Assembly (NCBI RefSeq): GCF_036321535.1
Contig: NC_087437.1
Coordinates: forward strand, 86,740,001 to 86,804,000
Reading direction: 5' to 3'
Length of the DNA stretch: 64,000 nucleotides
From: Camelus dromedarius
Lineage: Eukaryota
Positions 1-13,519 of this stretch are shown here, piece after piece. Numbering within the stretch: the first letter of the stretch is position 1; each line of letters starts with the position of its first letter. A program made the position numbers and the translations under genes. Under the pieces are notes generated by a model. The model searched no databases and was not told where the DNA came from. It saw only the letters and a list, made by a program, of their open reading frames with translations.

Positions 1-967
1 GCAAGATTCTTTCTAACTAAAAAGGAGTTTACGTCAGTTGTTTATTACAGAATGCTGTGAGTCATTATAGGAATTTAAAATAAAAATTATGTATGTTTTC
101 TCCTGTTTTGCTTAAAACTATAACATATGTTTCCGTACAGGATACTAATACTTTCTGATTGAACAAAGCATGATCACCAAACACTTCTTTAAACAATAGG
201 AAAAAAAATAAAGAATATCAAAGCAAGATAATCTTGATTTACTCTCTGCATTTACTTCCTTCCAAATACTGACTTGAGTTCACTTGTCCTATTAAAATGC
301 ATAGGCTCTGAGGGGAAGATGAGCAAAGCATCCCACATTTGCTAATATAGCACATTTTGACAGATTGCTGTGCATAACACAATTGATCATCAGGATGAGA
401 ATAGGAAAAAAGCAGAGATGAAATCATGCCAACCTGAGGGAGATGAATGTTCTATTAATCTTTTAATTATTTTTTGAATAGACTGAGCTGACTTTTGCTT
501 TCTATAGTTTGTTTCACCACTTTGGTATGCTTTACCTATTCAGCAAAAGAAAGTTTTAAACTTTTAGTAAATTATTATCAAAGTCACATGATATACCAAA
601 TGAAGTCAACACATTATTTGGGATTTTTTAAAAATGTGTATATATTTCTTCCTTCCTTATAGGGAAGAAAGTCTTGATTTTCTTGTCTTTGTGTTTTTGA
701 TTTCTTCACTTTTCCACCTTTAGAGAGGTGCTTTTAGACAAGTGGCTAACTTCTCTGAAAGTCATTTTTTTTTTCTTTTTATACAATTGGACATTGCTAT
801 CTACCTCACATAATTATTGTAAAAATCATCTTAAATATCATATAGAAAAGCACTTACATAATATTGGCTGAATCTAGGTTTAGGAAAATTGTAGGATTAC
901 CAATCATTTTTAGTGAAAATATTAAGTTTTCAAATTAATAGACGCATTATTTTAAAATATTATTTTG

Positions 968-3362
968 GAGGAATGGCATTATCAAGATGGCCAAGTAAAA
1001 TGTCCCTTGCATGTGTCTTCCCTTCAACAACAGTTTGGCATCCATCCACAGACAAAAGTGCCTTTGTGGGAGCTGTGGGATCCAGAACTAAATGCCAAGG
1101 GATCTGGGAGGAGGCTCACCCACTTGTGGGTGGGGTAATTGGTCTACAGACTTCACTGCCAGTTGTGTATCCAGCAGTCACCTGTGACAGCTGCAGCCCC
1201 TTTCAGCCACAGTCTGGGAGCCCCTGGAGAACTCTGTCCCAGACAATCAGGATGTGACAGCCTTTGTGGAAGTTCAGGAGTCCAGCAGAGAAGTCCCAGT
1301 CATAAGAGATTAGTATGAAGAATTATATGGAAAAAAAAAAAGGATAACCTAGGAGAAATGGATAAATTCTGAGAAACATACAACTACCAAGACTAAATCC
1401 TGAAGAAATAGAAGTTCTGAACAGACCGATGATGAGTAGGAAGATTGCATCAGTAATTTAAAAAATTCCCAGCAAAGAAAAGCTCAGGACCAGATGGTTT
1501 CCCTGCTGAATTCTACCAAACATTTAAAGAAGAATGGGTGTCAGTCTTAAACTCTTCCAAAAAATTGAGAAGGGATTACTCTCAAACTCATTTATGAGGC
1601 CAACATTATGCTGGTACCAAAGCCAGGTAAGGGCAATACAAGAAAAGAAAACTACAAGACAATATCCTTGATAAAAATAGATGTAAAAATTCCCAACAAA
1701 ATATTAGGAAGCCAAATTTAACAGCATGCTAAAAGAATCATACAGCATGATCAAGAGGGATTTATCCTTGTAATGCATGGATGGTTAAACATACACAAAT
1801 CAATAAATATGATATACCACATTAATAGAATAAAAGATTTAAAATATATAATAATCTCATTGACTGGAGAAAAAGCACTTGACAAAATACAAATCCTTTC
1901 ATTTTAAGAACTTAACAAAATGCGTATAGAAGGAACATAACATAATAAAGGTCATAAATAAAAAGCCCACAACTAACATCACACTTAATAATTAAAGGTT
2001 GGATGTGTACTCTCTAAAATCAGGGGTGCCTGCTTTCACCACGTCTATTTAATGTACTACTGGAAGTTCTAGTCAGAGCAATCAGGCAAGAAGAAGAAAC
2101 AAAAATCATCCAAATCAGTAAGGAAATGTAAAATTGTCTCTGTGCATGATATGATCATTTAGAAATTTAGAAATATTTAGAAAATCTTAAAGACACCACC
2201 AAAAAAACTATAAGAACTGATGAACAAATTCATTTAGTTTGCAGGGTACAAAAATCAACATACAGAAATCAGTTGCATTTTTATACAGTAACATTAAATT
2301 ATCTGAAAAAGAAATAAAACATTTTTATTCACAATAACATCAAAAACAATAAAATACTTGGGAATAAATTTAAACAAAGAGGTGACAAGTACAGGAAAAG
2401 ATGTTCAGCATCACTAACCATCAGGGAAATGCAAATCAAAATCACAATGAGGTATCACCTCACACCTGTCAGAATGGCTATTATCAAAAAGACAGGGGGT
2501 AATTCAGCAAGGATGTGGAAAAAAGAAACCTCTGTGTACTGTTGGTGGGAATGTAAATTGGTACCATCTGCTACGTAAACAGTGTAGAGGCTCTTCAAAA
2601 AATTAAAAATAAAACTACCATATGATTCAGAAATTCACTTCTTGGTATATATCCAAGTAAAATAAAATTAGACTTTCTAATTATCTTTACTCCCACATTC
2701 ATTGCAACATTATTCACAATAGCCTAGATAGGGAAACAACTAAATGTCTATCTACATATGAATGGATGAAGAAGATGTGGTAAATATAGACAATGGAGTA
2801 TTATTCAACCACGAGAAAGATGTAAATCTTGCCATTTGTGACAACGTAGATGGACCCTGAGGGCATTATGCTAAGTGAATGAAGTTATGCAGTGAAAGAC
2901 AAATATTGTATGATATCATTTATAAATGGAATCTAAAATGGTAATCTCAGAAACAGAATAGAATGGTGGTTTTCAGGAGCTATGGGATGGGGAAATGGGA
3001 AGTTGTTGGTCAAGGGATACAAACTTCCAGTTATAAGATGAATAAGTTCTGGGTATCTAATATACAACATAGTGAGTATAATAACAACACTATATTTTAT
3101 ATAGTATTATATTATAAAATATATAACTGTAAGTAATTACAATTATATATATTATTATTATATACTTGAAAGTTGCTAAGAGAGTAGATCTTAAATTGTC
3201 TCACCACAAAAAGAAAAGGCAATTATGTAAGGTGGTATAGTTGTTAACTACCCCTATGGTGGTAATCACTTTGCAGTATACAAGTGTATCAAATCATGAC
3301 ATTGTACAACATAAACTTACACAATGTTATATGACAACTATATCTCAATAAAACTGGAAAAA
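968..3362 (+). mobile_element. LINE-1 (L1MA9/L1MB-like) with 5'UTR, internally deleted ORF2 remnant and 3'UTR
   Basis: L1-type start 'caagatggccaagta' near 984. From ~1300 there is decayed ORF2: 'ggataacctaggagaaatggataaattc' (DNLGEMDKF), 'ggaccagatggtttccctgctgaattctaccaaacatttaaagaagaa' ([16 protein letters not shown]), and a decayed DDM motif at ~2145. The C-terminal region starts at ~2390 and the 3'UTR ends 'tatctcaataaaactggaaaaa'. Confidence 0.93.
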
Positions 3363-3973
3363 GATTAAGTGTTTGAATACACCTGAAATTAGTTTTATAA
3401 GTGAAAAAAAATTAAGCCTGATACATTCAGAAAATTGATTATGTGGTTCATTATGCAGTGTTGCTGCTTGGAATCCATAAGAAATATATTTTAAAGGACA
3501 GAATTGGTAAAAAGAAATCCTCCTTAAGTAAAGTGCTTTCATGCATATGGATCAAATCTTAAAAATGAAATATGACACATATTATTTAAAACAGCCAATC
3601 ATATACAGTATATAAATAGATGAAAGTCATATTTAAATTGTAGGAATATAGTTCCAAGTTATTTGTGTAATTCAAAATATAATCTATTCTGCTCATTATA
3701 AGAATTACAATTAACATGTTTTAATTTCTGTTGTTTTAAAAAGTTCAGAGAAATTAAAATATTAATTTAAGGATATTATGGTTAATGAAAAATAAAAGAA
3801 TGCTACCAAAACAGACATCTATCTTAGCCCAATAATGAATACAATCTGCAATAGAAATGTAATTTCACTGGGCAAATGCAGTCAGATGAACTCAGAAAAC
3901 GAGAACATTCTTTCTTTCTTTGAAAAATAATTAGTAGTTACTTTCTAGTTGGCAGATAAAAATGCCAATTTCA

Positions 3974-4085
3974 GGGGGCAGGATGTAGCTCAAGTGGTGG
4001 AGTGCATGCCTAGCAAGCACAAAGTCCTGGGTTCAATCCTCAGTACCTCCTCTTAAAAAAAAATTAAAAATGAATGAATGAATGA
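3974..4085 (+). mobile_element. tRNA-derived SINE, camelid Vic-1-like
   Basis: A-box 'tagctcaagtggt', B-box 'ggttcaatcc', and an A-rich/(GAAT)n tail. Degenerate TSD: aatgccaatttc (3961) / attgtcaatttc (4086). Confidence 0.88.
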
Positions 4086-7000
4086 ATTGTCAATTTCCAT
4101 GGCAAATTACAGAATTAAATAAACAAAACCTCTACTCTCAGGAATGTACTATCCAGTAACTGTGAAAAACATATGGGTGGAATTGGATTGAAGAAAATTA
4201 CACTTCAAATAATGCCAATTGATACATTGAATGCAAACACAGGTATAAAAGCAAACTTGAGGCTGAAAGTCTAACAGGAAATCAGGAAGTAGTAGAGACA
4301 TGCTATTAGAATAAGATGTCATTCAAAATGGCATTGATGACAATATTATGACTTTCTTCTACATATGACTATGATGTATTCTAATGAGAAATAGGGGAAA
4401 AAAGCAAAAAAAAAAAAGGGTAAAATTAGAGGTATCATTTCAGGACTCATTGAATAAAGTAAAAAATAAAAGTCACTTCCAGAAATAATAACTGTTTCAC
4501 CTTCACTTTTACTTATATTATCTCAGCAGATAACCTAATAATAGCTAACATTTCTAAAGGGAACTTTTGTTTCTGCTGAGCACAATGTAAGATATTATGA
4601 GATTTTAAAAACATTTGTTTAGAGTTTTTTAAAGTTTGATTCATTGCAAGTGAGACGATTACATGGGAATTATTTTTTTATTTATATAATGGAGAAAGAA
4701 AATGGCAAATGTGTTTTTCATACTGAGAAAAATAGTGGATAAGGAGTGCAGGAAGAGAGTTGTTCCTTACTTGATTTTAAGTAAAAAAAAAAAATTGTAA
4801 ATGTATGTGTCTTTGCTACTGTTTTCTCATAAGCATGAAAGAAAACATATTGATAGATGAAATGCTTATTCACATATTCATTTTGCAGGAGAAATTTATT
4901 TTCTTAATGATTACCACTTTTCACCTGGTAACAACTGTTTGTATTGTAAGCACGGTAGCAATAAGAAATAATGCTAATATGGAAAAGTATTATGGAAGGT
5001 ATCTGACTCAGGGTGGAATGAGTGAGGAAAATGCCGAAAGAATATTTGTTGAATGAATAAAGAATTAATATAGAAAGTACTAATTTATTAATTTTAACTG
5101 CTTATATTCCATTTTCTGAATATACTGCAATTTATTTATCGACTCTCTTATCAGCGCTTAAATTCTACATACATCCTTTGTCCACTCCTATAAGAGATAC
5201 TCTAGAGTGGAAGAACTAGAGATGGAAATTGCTGTCTCATTTGGGATGCATGTGTTCTATTTCAGTGTTGCTAAGTAGAAATGTACAACAGTTACTTCAC
5301 ATTTAGACACGAATTGCATTATTATGTGTTGTGATAGTACAGAATTCACTATAAACATTTCAGATGCACTAACCAGTAGGGCTTAGATGTTAGAGGAAGT
5401 CTTTAGCATGTTACCTAAAAAAAGAATGGTAAATTGATCTCAATTATGAATATCATATTTTTATGTTCCATTGCCAATAGTTTCTTAGAGTTTCTTAAGA
5501 ATTTTGAGGCCGTGATTAAATTTTGAAGAGAGTTTTGTGATTCAAAATAATGTTTGCCTTGTTGGGGTTGCTGGGAATTTTGGTATATGTAATAAGTATT
5601 TACCATTCCATAAAATGGTTCTGAAATAGACTCAGAGAAAGTGGTGTAGGATTCCTAGAATTAGGCATTAGCCAAGATACAGTTTTTTTCCCTTCTATAT
5701 ACAATGACTAAGCTAGTTTAACAATAGAAATTTTAGTGAGAAATCTTATTTGCTTCTACATGTTAATACACTCATGATCTCTTACATTACTAACAGTAAG
5801 AAATAGTGAAGTCAGTTCGATAATTGCACACCAGAAAAGAAGAGATACTGTGTATTAAGTCTAATTTTTGGCTTGCTGAATATTTTTCTTTAGGGCTATT
5901 TTCCTTTGAGTTTTGGGAATATTATGGATGCACTCATTTTTTAATTTCCTTCCAGAGGTAATTTTTAACATAATACAGCTATTAATGTCTCACTGAATAG
6001 TAATACCTTGTCAGATATTTCAGACACATACATGCATGCAAACACATATAGGCACATTTTGCTTAAAAATAGAGCATGGCTACATGCATATAAACTGTTA
6101 TTTCATTTTTGAAAGTGTTTACTCTTTGTTTATTTTTCTCATGAAGACATATTCATTAATAATTATTAAGTATCTACTGTATTTCAGCTATGTGCTCTGC
6201 AAAGATTAAAATGGCCTAGGTCATTTTTTTTTAGTTTTGTAGAATTGCATGGTCCAAATAAAACTAAAAGTTATCAATTAATATATTTCTTAGAAAAAAT
6301 GACTGAATATTCAGATAAAAAAATTAAATTGTGTTTTATATTATTCATTGAAACATCTCCTAAATTGATACAAGTAATATAAATATATCCATCACACAAA
6401 AACAATGTAAGAATAATCTTATAAAGAGGGGAGATAAGCTATAAAATTAGTAACAATGACTATTGATACTCACTATATATATAAAAGTAAAGATAATCAT
6501 TGATAATATTTTAATAATAGGTGACTACATCCATTCCTAAAATTTACATATTTTCTTATTACGTAGTACTAAAGAATCATCTCTCCGTGGGTAGACACAA
6601 ATCTAAACTAAAGCAAAATATAAAACTAATAATATTCTGTATTCATTTGATACAAACGTTGTAGCGTTTGCATCAAGCAAATTTTAATGTATTAATATTT
6701 ATGAAATGTGAAGACTTTCTTGCAAAAGAATTAGCTGACTTGGAAAATTTAGCAAGAAGATTTTGACATTCTATCATATAAAATAAATTAGACAACTAAT
6801 AAACAGTAGGTAGCCATATAAATACTAAAAAATAATCATTATACTAACTCATGTTCTTTATTTCTTCTTTTTATGTTTAAAACCACTACAGCTACCTAGT
6901 TAGTCTTACTTGAGAAGCCAGAAAGATTTATGAGTTTCCAGTATATCCTAGAGCCTTATTCCAGAGCACTACTTTTTTTTTTTTACTATTTTTTTTTTGA

Positions 7001-7531
7001 GTCTTGTATTTTTAAACAGAGGGTGTGTGAAAAGTTCACCTCCCAAACTCAGGCACTTTGATGATTTGTGTGAATCCCATCAGATGTAATAGCAAATCAG
7101 TGAAAGCCCAGAAATTGTACAATGCTTTCCTTTTGAGATAGGTCACACCAAAGAGACAATGTATGGAAGGCCATAAATTTTATAAATGTCATTTTACCAT
7201 AAAGATCGTAAAATAAGAATTGATGTTTTCTTCTCAAGAATGAGAGCAAATCTGCCACTTTCTCAAAAATATTTGCCATGTAATAATGTGTTCTTAGGCT
7301 TGGACTGGCTAGTATCTCGATATAGAGTTCCTACCCTGGTGGTCTAATTAAGTTTCCTTGTTTATATTAACAATCAGAAATACATTTTTAAATGGGTGAG
7401 GAATCTCAAAGAAAATATGGCTACCTTGGTTCCACATATTCTGACTCCCAGCCTATGCATTTCTTTGCTATTATCAAGGAATTTTTTAAACCTACACTCA
7501 AACAAGTTCTGCCATTAAATATGAATTAAAA

Positions 7532-10240
7532 AATTTTTATTGAAATATACATTCACAAGAAATTGAAAAAGGTATTATAGACAGATAATTATGTACCCTT
7601 AACCCAGTTTTCCCCAAAGGTTTTATGTTATGCAACTATAGTGTAATAACAAAACAAGGAAAGTGACTTGATAAAACGTGTGTTTATAGTTCTGTGTCAT
7701 TTTATCATGTGTAGAATCATGTAACTGTCGCTACAATCAAGATAACAGAATTACTGCATCGCAACAAAGATTCCTCTCATGCTACCCCGTTATAGTAATA
7801 CCCACACTTCTCCACCATTCCTAACCCTCAGAAAATACTGATTTGTTATCCAGCAATAAAATTTTGTTATTTCAAAAATGCTGTATAAGTCAGATCAAAT
7901 CAAATAATGTATGACCTTTTGAGATTGGCTTTTTTTCACCCTACAAACTGTCCTTGAAATCCACCCAAGTAGTTGTTTGTATCAATAGTTACTTGGACAT
8001 TTTTTAGAATTTCCTTTGATTGATCTTTAGTGTTTTTGAGTGTATTTCTCTGTATTGATTTTTTAGTGGTTACTCTAGGTATTACATTTACATACATAAT
8101 TTATCATGGCATATTGATGTAGACATTTTACCAATTACAGTGAAATATAGAAAGCTTAACTCCTTTTAAAGTCTTTTTCTTCACCCATTTATAATACAAA
8201 TTTTCTTAAATACTTCCTTTCTACACCTTGAGAAGCACATTAGAAAAATGCTATAACCTTTCCTTCAAATATCAAACATAATTTTGAAACCTCAGAAATG
8301 AATGGCCATTGTATTTACTCATATTTTTACTTGCTGTTGTTATTTCTTTATTCCTAATACTCCAATATTTTATCATTTTCTTTCTGTTTTAGGAATTTCC
8401 GTAAGCCATTCTTTTGGGATAGGTCTCCTGGTGATAAACTCTTTTTAGTTTTCCTTTGTCTGAGAATGTCTTTATGTTGCTTCATTCCTATGGGATACTT
8501 TTGCAAGATTGGGATACTTTTGCAAGATACAGGATTCCAGAATGACTATTCCTTGCTTTCATTACCTGAAAAATGCTGTATCATTTCTTTTTGGTTTCTA
8601 ATCAGAACTACACTGTTATTAGAATCCTCTTCTCTCATAGTCAGGTATAGTTTCTCCCTTGTTGCTTTCAGGGCTTTGTTTTCCTATCTTTCGTTTTAAG
8701 AAGTTTGATTCTGGTGGGTCTTGGCATGGATACCTTTGGGTTTATCTTATTTTGAGTTTGCTCAGCCTCTTTAATCTGTAAGTTTATGGGTTGTTTTTTG
8801 TTTGTTTGTATGCCAAGTTTGGGGATTTTAGCCCTTATTTCTTTCAATATTTTCTCAGTACCACCTTCTTTCTCTTCTTCTGAGATTCTGATGACATGTA
8901 TTTTAGATCTTCTGTTATAACCCTGTGGGTCCCTGAGGATCTTTTGATTGTTTTTTTTCAGTGTGTTTTCTCTCAGTTGTTCAGACTTGTAATCTGTAAT
9001 TTCACTGATTCTTTCTTTTATTCTTTCCATTCTATAGTTGAGCGTATTCATTGAGTTTTTATTTCAGCTATTTTATGTTCAGTTCTAAAATTTTCATTTG
9101 GTTTTTCTTTATATCTTCTATTTCTTTGTTGAGACTTTCTATTTTGTTTTCATTTGTTTCAAGTGTGCTTGTAATTTCTGGCTGAAGTATTTTTATAATA
9201 GATGCTTTGAAAACTTTGTTAGATAATTCCAACATTAGTATCACTTCAGTGTTGCTGTCTGTTAATTGTCTTTTCTGATTCAACTTGAGATGTTTCTGGT
9301 TCTTGGGATGATATGTGATTTTCTCTATTGTCCCAGACATTTTGTATCTCATATTAGGACACTCTGGATCTATTTTAAATCTTCTGTTTTATCAAGTGTC
9401 TTCTGGAAACAGGATGATTGTGGGAGAGGAAAAGCTGCTTTGTTACTGCCAGGTAGTGGTAGAAGTCTAGGTTCCCCACTCAACTTCTGCTGATACCCTG
9501 GAATAGAGGAGAAGGATGCTCAGTGTAGGTGGGAATTCAGGATATTTTCTAGGCATCCACCCTGGCTGTGAGGGTGAGGAGCACCTCGTTACTTTTCCTT
9601 ACTTGATAAGAAGGTCATGTTACTGGTGGAATGGGATGCAGTTCACAGCTTCCCATGACTTCTCTGACATTCTGACTCAGAGGTGCAGGGATGCACATTA
9701 CTGCTGGGTAGTGATGGAAATTCTGGATTCTCACTAGGCGTCTGGTGACATCAACTCTCTGTGAGAGAAACAAGATAACTTGTTATAGCCTGATATGGTT
9801 GGAAGTCTTGACTCCCCACTCAGCCTTTGCTGATGAGAGTAGGGATGGAGCCACTGTGTTTGGAGCCATGGTGTTTGACTGGAGTAAAGCAGTTATGATC
9901 CAAACATCTACTCTCTTGCATTCCTGACCTTTTTCTGGTCTTTAGGCTACAGAAAACAGGTTTTCAGTGTGGCCCTTTTTTCTGTGCTCGTTGGTGTTTT
10001 CAAATTGCCAACTTCTTCAGAGCTCGGTTTGTGATATATGAAGCAAAATGAAGACCCAGGGAACACACTGCCATGTCTTTCCTTGGGTCCTGAGTTCCCT
10101 AGGTGATCTGCTTTCTTCTCTCTGCCTTTCAGAGCCTTCTTATGTGTAGTTAATATGTAATGCACAGGGTTTTAGCTGCACTTCAGGGGAGAAATAGGAA
10201 GAAGGGCATCTACTCCATCTTTGTTCAGGATCAGAAATCC
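7532..10240 (-). mobile_element. Old LINE-1 (L1MC/L1MD-like): 5'UTR, ORF1 remnant, inter-ORF region and 3'UTR, with ORF2 missing
   Basis: Minus-strand ORFs 9068-9352 and 8668-9051 give ORF1p-like text (ERIKERISE, RRSKIHVIRISEEEKEGGTEKILKEI, INLQIKEAEQT..PRP). The 3'UTR-type sequence lies at 7532-7990 and the GC-richer 5'UTR at 9400-10240. Confidence 0.88.
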
Positions 10241-10296
10241 ATTATCTACATATTTTTATAAGTTACTTCACCTCTTAGGGAGTCTATGCTCTTATA

Positions 10297-11065
10297 CAGA
10301 GTGTAGTTCAGAAATAGTGTGGGTTTGGTTCCAGACCACCACAGTAAAGTGAATATCACAGGAAAACAAGTCACACAAATTTTCTGGTTTCTCAGTGCAT
10401 ATAAAAGTTATGTTCATACTCTACTATAGTCTATTAAATATGCCATAGTGTTATGTCTAAGAAAACAATGTACATACTTTAATTAAAAGATACTTTGCTG
10501 CTAAACATTGTTAACCATCATCTGAGCCTTCAGGTTGTCGTACTTTTTTGCTGGTGTAAGGTTGTGCCCGATGTTGGTGGCCGCTGACTGATTACGGTGG
10601 AGTGACTTTGGCAATTTCTTAAAATAAGAAAACAATGAAGTTTGCCATGTTGATGGACCCTTCCTTTCACTTGAACATTTAGAGGCCATTGTAGGATTAT
10701 TAATTGGCCTAATTTAAATATTTTTGTGTCTCAGAGAATAGAGAGGCCTGAAAAGAGGGAGAGAGACAGGAAACAGCTGGTTGGTGGAGCAGTCAGAGCA
10801 GGCACATTTGCAGCTTAAGTTCACTGTCTTATATGAGTATGGTTTATGGTGCTCCCAAAACAATTACAGTAGCAGCACCATAATATAATAATAAAGAACA
10901 AGTTTGACATTTTGCAAGAATTACCAAAATGGGACACAGAGACGTGAATTGAGCTGATGCTGTTGGTAAAATGGCACCGATTGATTTGCTGAATGCAAGG
11001 TTGCTAAAGATTACAGTAACTGCAAATCACAATAAAGCAAGCTACAATAAAATGAGGTATTCCTG
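10297..11065 (-). mobile_element. Tigger1 internal-deletion derivative (Tigger1a-like), TcMar DNA transposon
   Basis: Both Tigger1 termini are recognisable ('gggtttggttccagaccacc' and 'aataaaatgaggtattcctg') and each is flanked by TA (10295-10296, 11066-11067). ORF 10501-10689 begins MASKCSSERK, the Tigger1 transposase N-terminus. Confidence 0.92.
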
Positions 11066-11129
11066 TATCCTGTATATCCTATATATTTTAGGTCCTCTCG
11101 AGTGTTTACATTATAGAGACAATGTGGTT

Positions 11130-11320
11130 CATATGTATCTAGATGTGAATCTTGACATTGCTGTGTATCAGCTGTATGAAACGAAACAAGTGATTTAATC
11201 TCAGTGTGTGTGTGTGTATGTGTGTGTGTTGCCTATCATGTAAAGTAATGCCCAGTCCTAGGGTTATTGTGAGATTTATGTGTAAAGTTGAGGGCATATC
11301 TTGGGCACTCAAAATTAATT
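11130..11320 (+). mobile_element. MIR SINE remnant containing a (TG)n tract
   Basis: Core-like 'cagctgtatga...caagtgatttaatctc' and 'tagggttattgtgagatt...tgtaaag', with the TG repeat at 11204-11229. Confidence 0.6.
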
Positions 11321-13519
11321 CTTCCCCCTCTTATTCTGGAGTTCTTTTAGTCTATGTGCCTTTTATTACCAACATGTATTTTGCAGAGGACTGCATAAGG
11401 AAACTTTCTGAGAGAAGAAAATAAACTCTAGTATAAATTTCGATGTAATTTAGCTATTGGACAGATACCAGCTTCAAAGTCCTCTAAGTTTTCCCTTTTA
11501 TATTACTTCTGGAGTCTTGCACCACTGAGAATATGCTTGGGCTTTGAAAGAAAAATCTCTAAGTCAAAAAATAACTGTATTGTACAGTTAATTAAACCTT
11601 TTAGCTTTCATGGGAATTTCAGTTTTCTTTGGGAAAGAAGGTAAGGAAATTTCAACACTTCTTTAAACAAGACAAATAAATATTTTTGAGCATATGTTTT
11701 TCATATTTGATTCAGAATGTAAGGAGGTAGATGCTGTCCAATATTATAGATACTCACATATTTCAGTCCCAGTTACTGTGATGCAATACCGTAATGATCT
11801 CAAACTGTGTCGTGATCTCAAACTGTTATCCCCAAAGTATTCTTTTGTTATTTGCCTTCCTAAGACTGTCTCGTGTTTACTAAACAAATAATTATTTCTT
11901 CTACCATTTTAAGTAATTATAATTTCAAGCCAAAACTTTTGAACTAGAACATCAGTTGTTGATTTAAATGAAAATAATTCTAATCAAACGTATGGAAGTA
12001 AGATAATTTACATAACCTGCAGCTTTAATACAAATAAATGCTAGCTTTATAATGTTTGTTAAATAATAAAACTACCTTTCAATAACCCTGTATTAATTTC
12101 TGGACACAGTGATAACAACAAATGAGTTTTTTTTCCCCCTAAATCTTATATTTAACTGAATATTTTCAGGAAAAAAAAATCACCTAAATGTCTTTAATCC
12201 CACAGTCAAAGCAATGGTTATTTTGTGGAAATAACTATGGTTAAAATTAATTTATGCTCATTTAATTTCATAGCCTAATGAACTAGATTTTGAATATTAC
12301 ATCAAATCCCTTCCATTTTAATTTTTTAATTTTAAATAATTTATCAAGTGTCAGTGACAGACTAGGAGAGAAAACAGAAACAGCATTTAAGACTCAATGT
12401 GATGAGTGAGGGATCCAGAGATCTTTAGGTCTCACTGGATGCTTCTCCAGTAGTTTGTTGTGTGTATCATTTGTGATAAATCATAGCTTCCTTGCACTGT
12501 ATCATCATCATTGTCATCCAAAGGCATTCAGAACCTACCAAAGTATAAATTACTGCTCAAGAGGTGGCTACCCACACTAGAGAATGCATTCACATTTGTG
12601 AGCTTCTGAAATGCCCTCTGATAAAATAATTAAGCCTATAGAACCTGGTTTGAATGTTTATTAGGCAGTAGGGTGAGTAGGTATTGTTCTTCTATTTCTT
12701 ATCTCTGAAATGAAGACAGGTAATTGCTTGGCAAGTGCTTCAATCATTTAAAGGGAAAAGAACACCATATTTTAAGGAAATTGTTGAGAAAAGCATTTGA
12801 CTAATTTTTGTCTTCAACATGTAACTTGGGAGTGACAAAAATTAAAAAAAAGACTTTTCAGGTCATCAGTAAAAAAAAAAGAAAAACAAAAGCAAAATTT
12901 CACACAAATGTCATCTTTCACCCAATATAATTCAATCTAATAATTTATCAGGAAAGATTCTATTCAGTCTCCAAAGTTTAGTGCGAGCATCTTTCCTCTG
13001 GAAGGCCCTCCTGAATTCAATGAAAAGACTGCATGCTTATAGTACTAACCACAGAATTCTGTGATTATGTGTATATATTTCCTCATCACCTTGAAACCTT
13101 GAGGACAGAGACAATCTTTAGAGTTCCATCTTCAAACACAGTGAAGTGAATGTCTTGATCTTAATAAACCCTTGAGGAACAAATTTAATAAAGCACCAAT
13201 ATGCAATGTTTTCATTTTGATGGAGGCAAAAAAGTTTATGAATAATAATGTTACATATTTTAAATCCTTGAATATCTAACTTACCTTGTTACTTAAATTT
13301 TTATTTGAAAATATGACGGATATTATGCATGTGCTTGATACCTTTATTAAATATATTTCATTGCCTTATTTTTAGCAGATGATGTCTCATAAGAAATAAG
13401 TTCTGTCATATTGCTTAAAAATAAAATACTGTATCTTCTTATTAGTGTCCATATTGTCCTCCTAATCCCACGTTTAAATGATCTACGCTCACATAGTTAA
13501 AAGACACAATGATCAAGAT

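Noticed and set aside
3974..4050. tRNA gene calls for the A/B-box elements here and at 28061 and 51715
   Set aside because: They have A-rich tails, TSD-like flanks and degenerate stems, so they are SINEs.
8491..8530. Short direct repeats (gggatacttttgcaagat x2; also tgatctcaaactgt x2 at ~11795) as CRISPR-like arrays
   Set aside because: Each has only two adjacent copies with no spacer series, in a mammalian context. These are ordinary slippage duplications.
8668..9352. Two long Lys/Glu-rich minus-strand ORFs as a host gene
   Set aside because: They are disrupted L1 ORF1p remnants.
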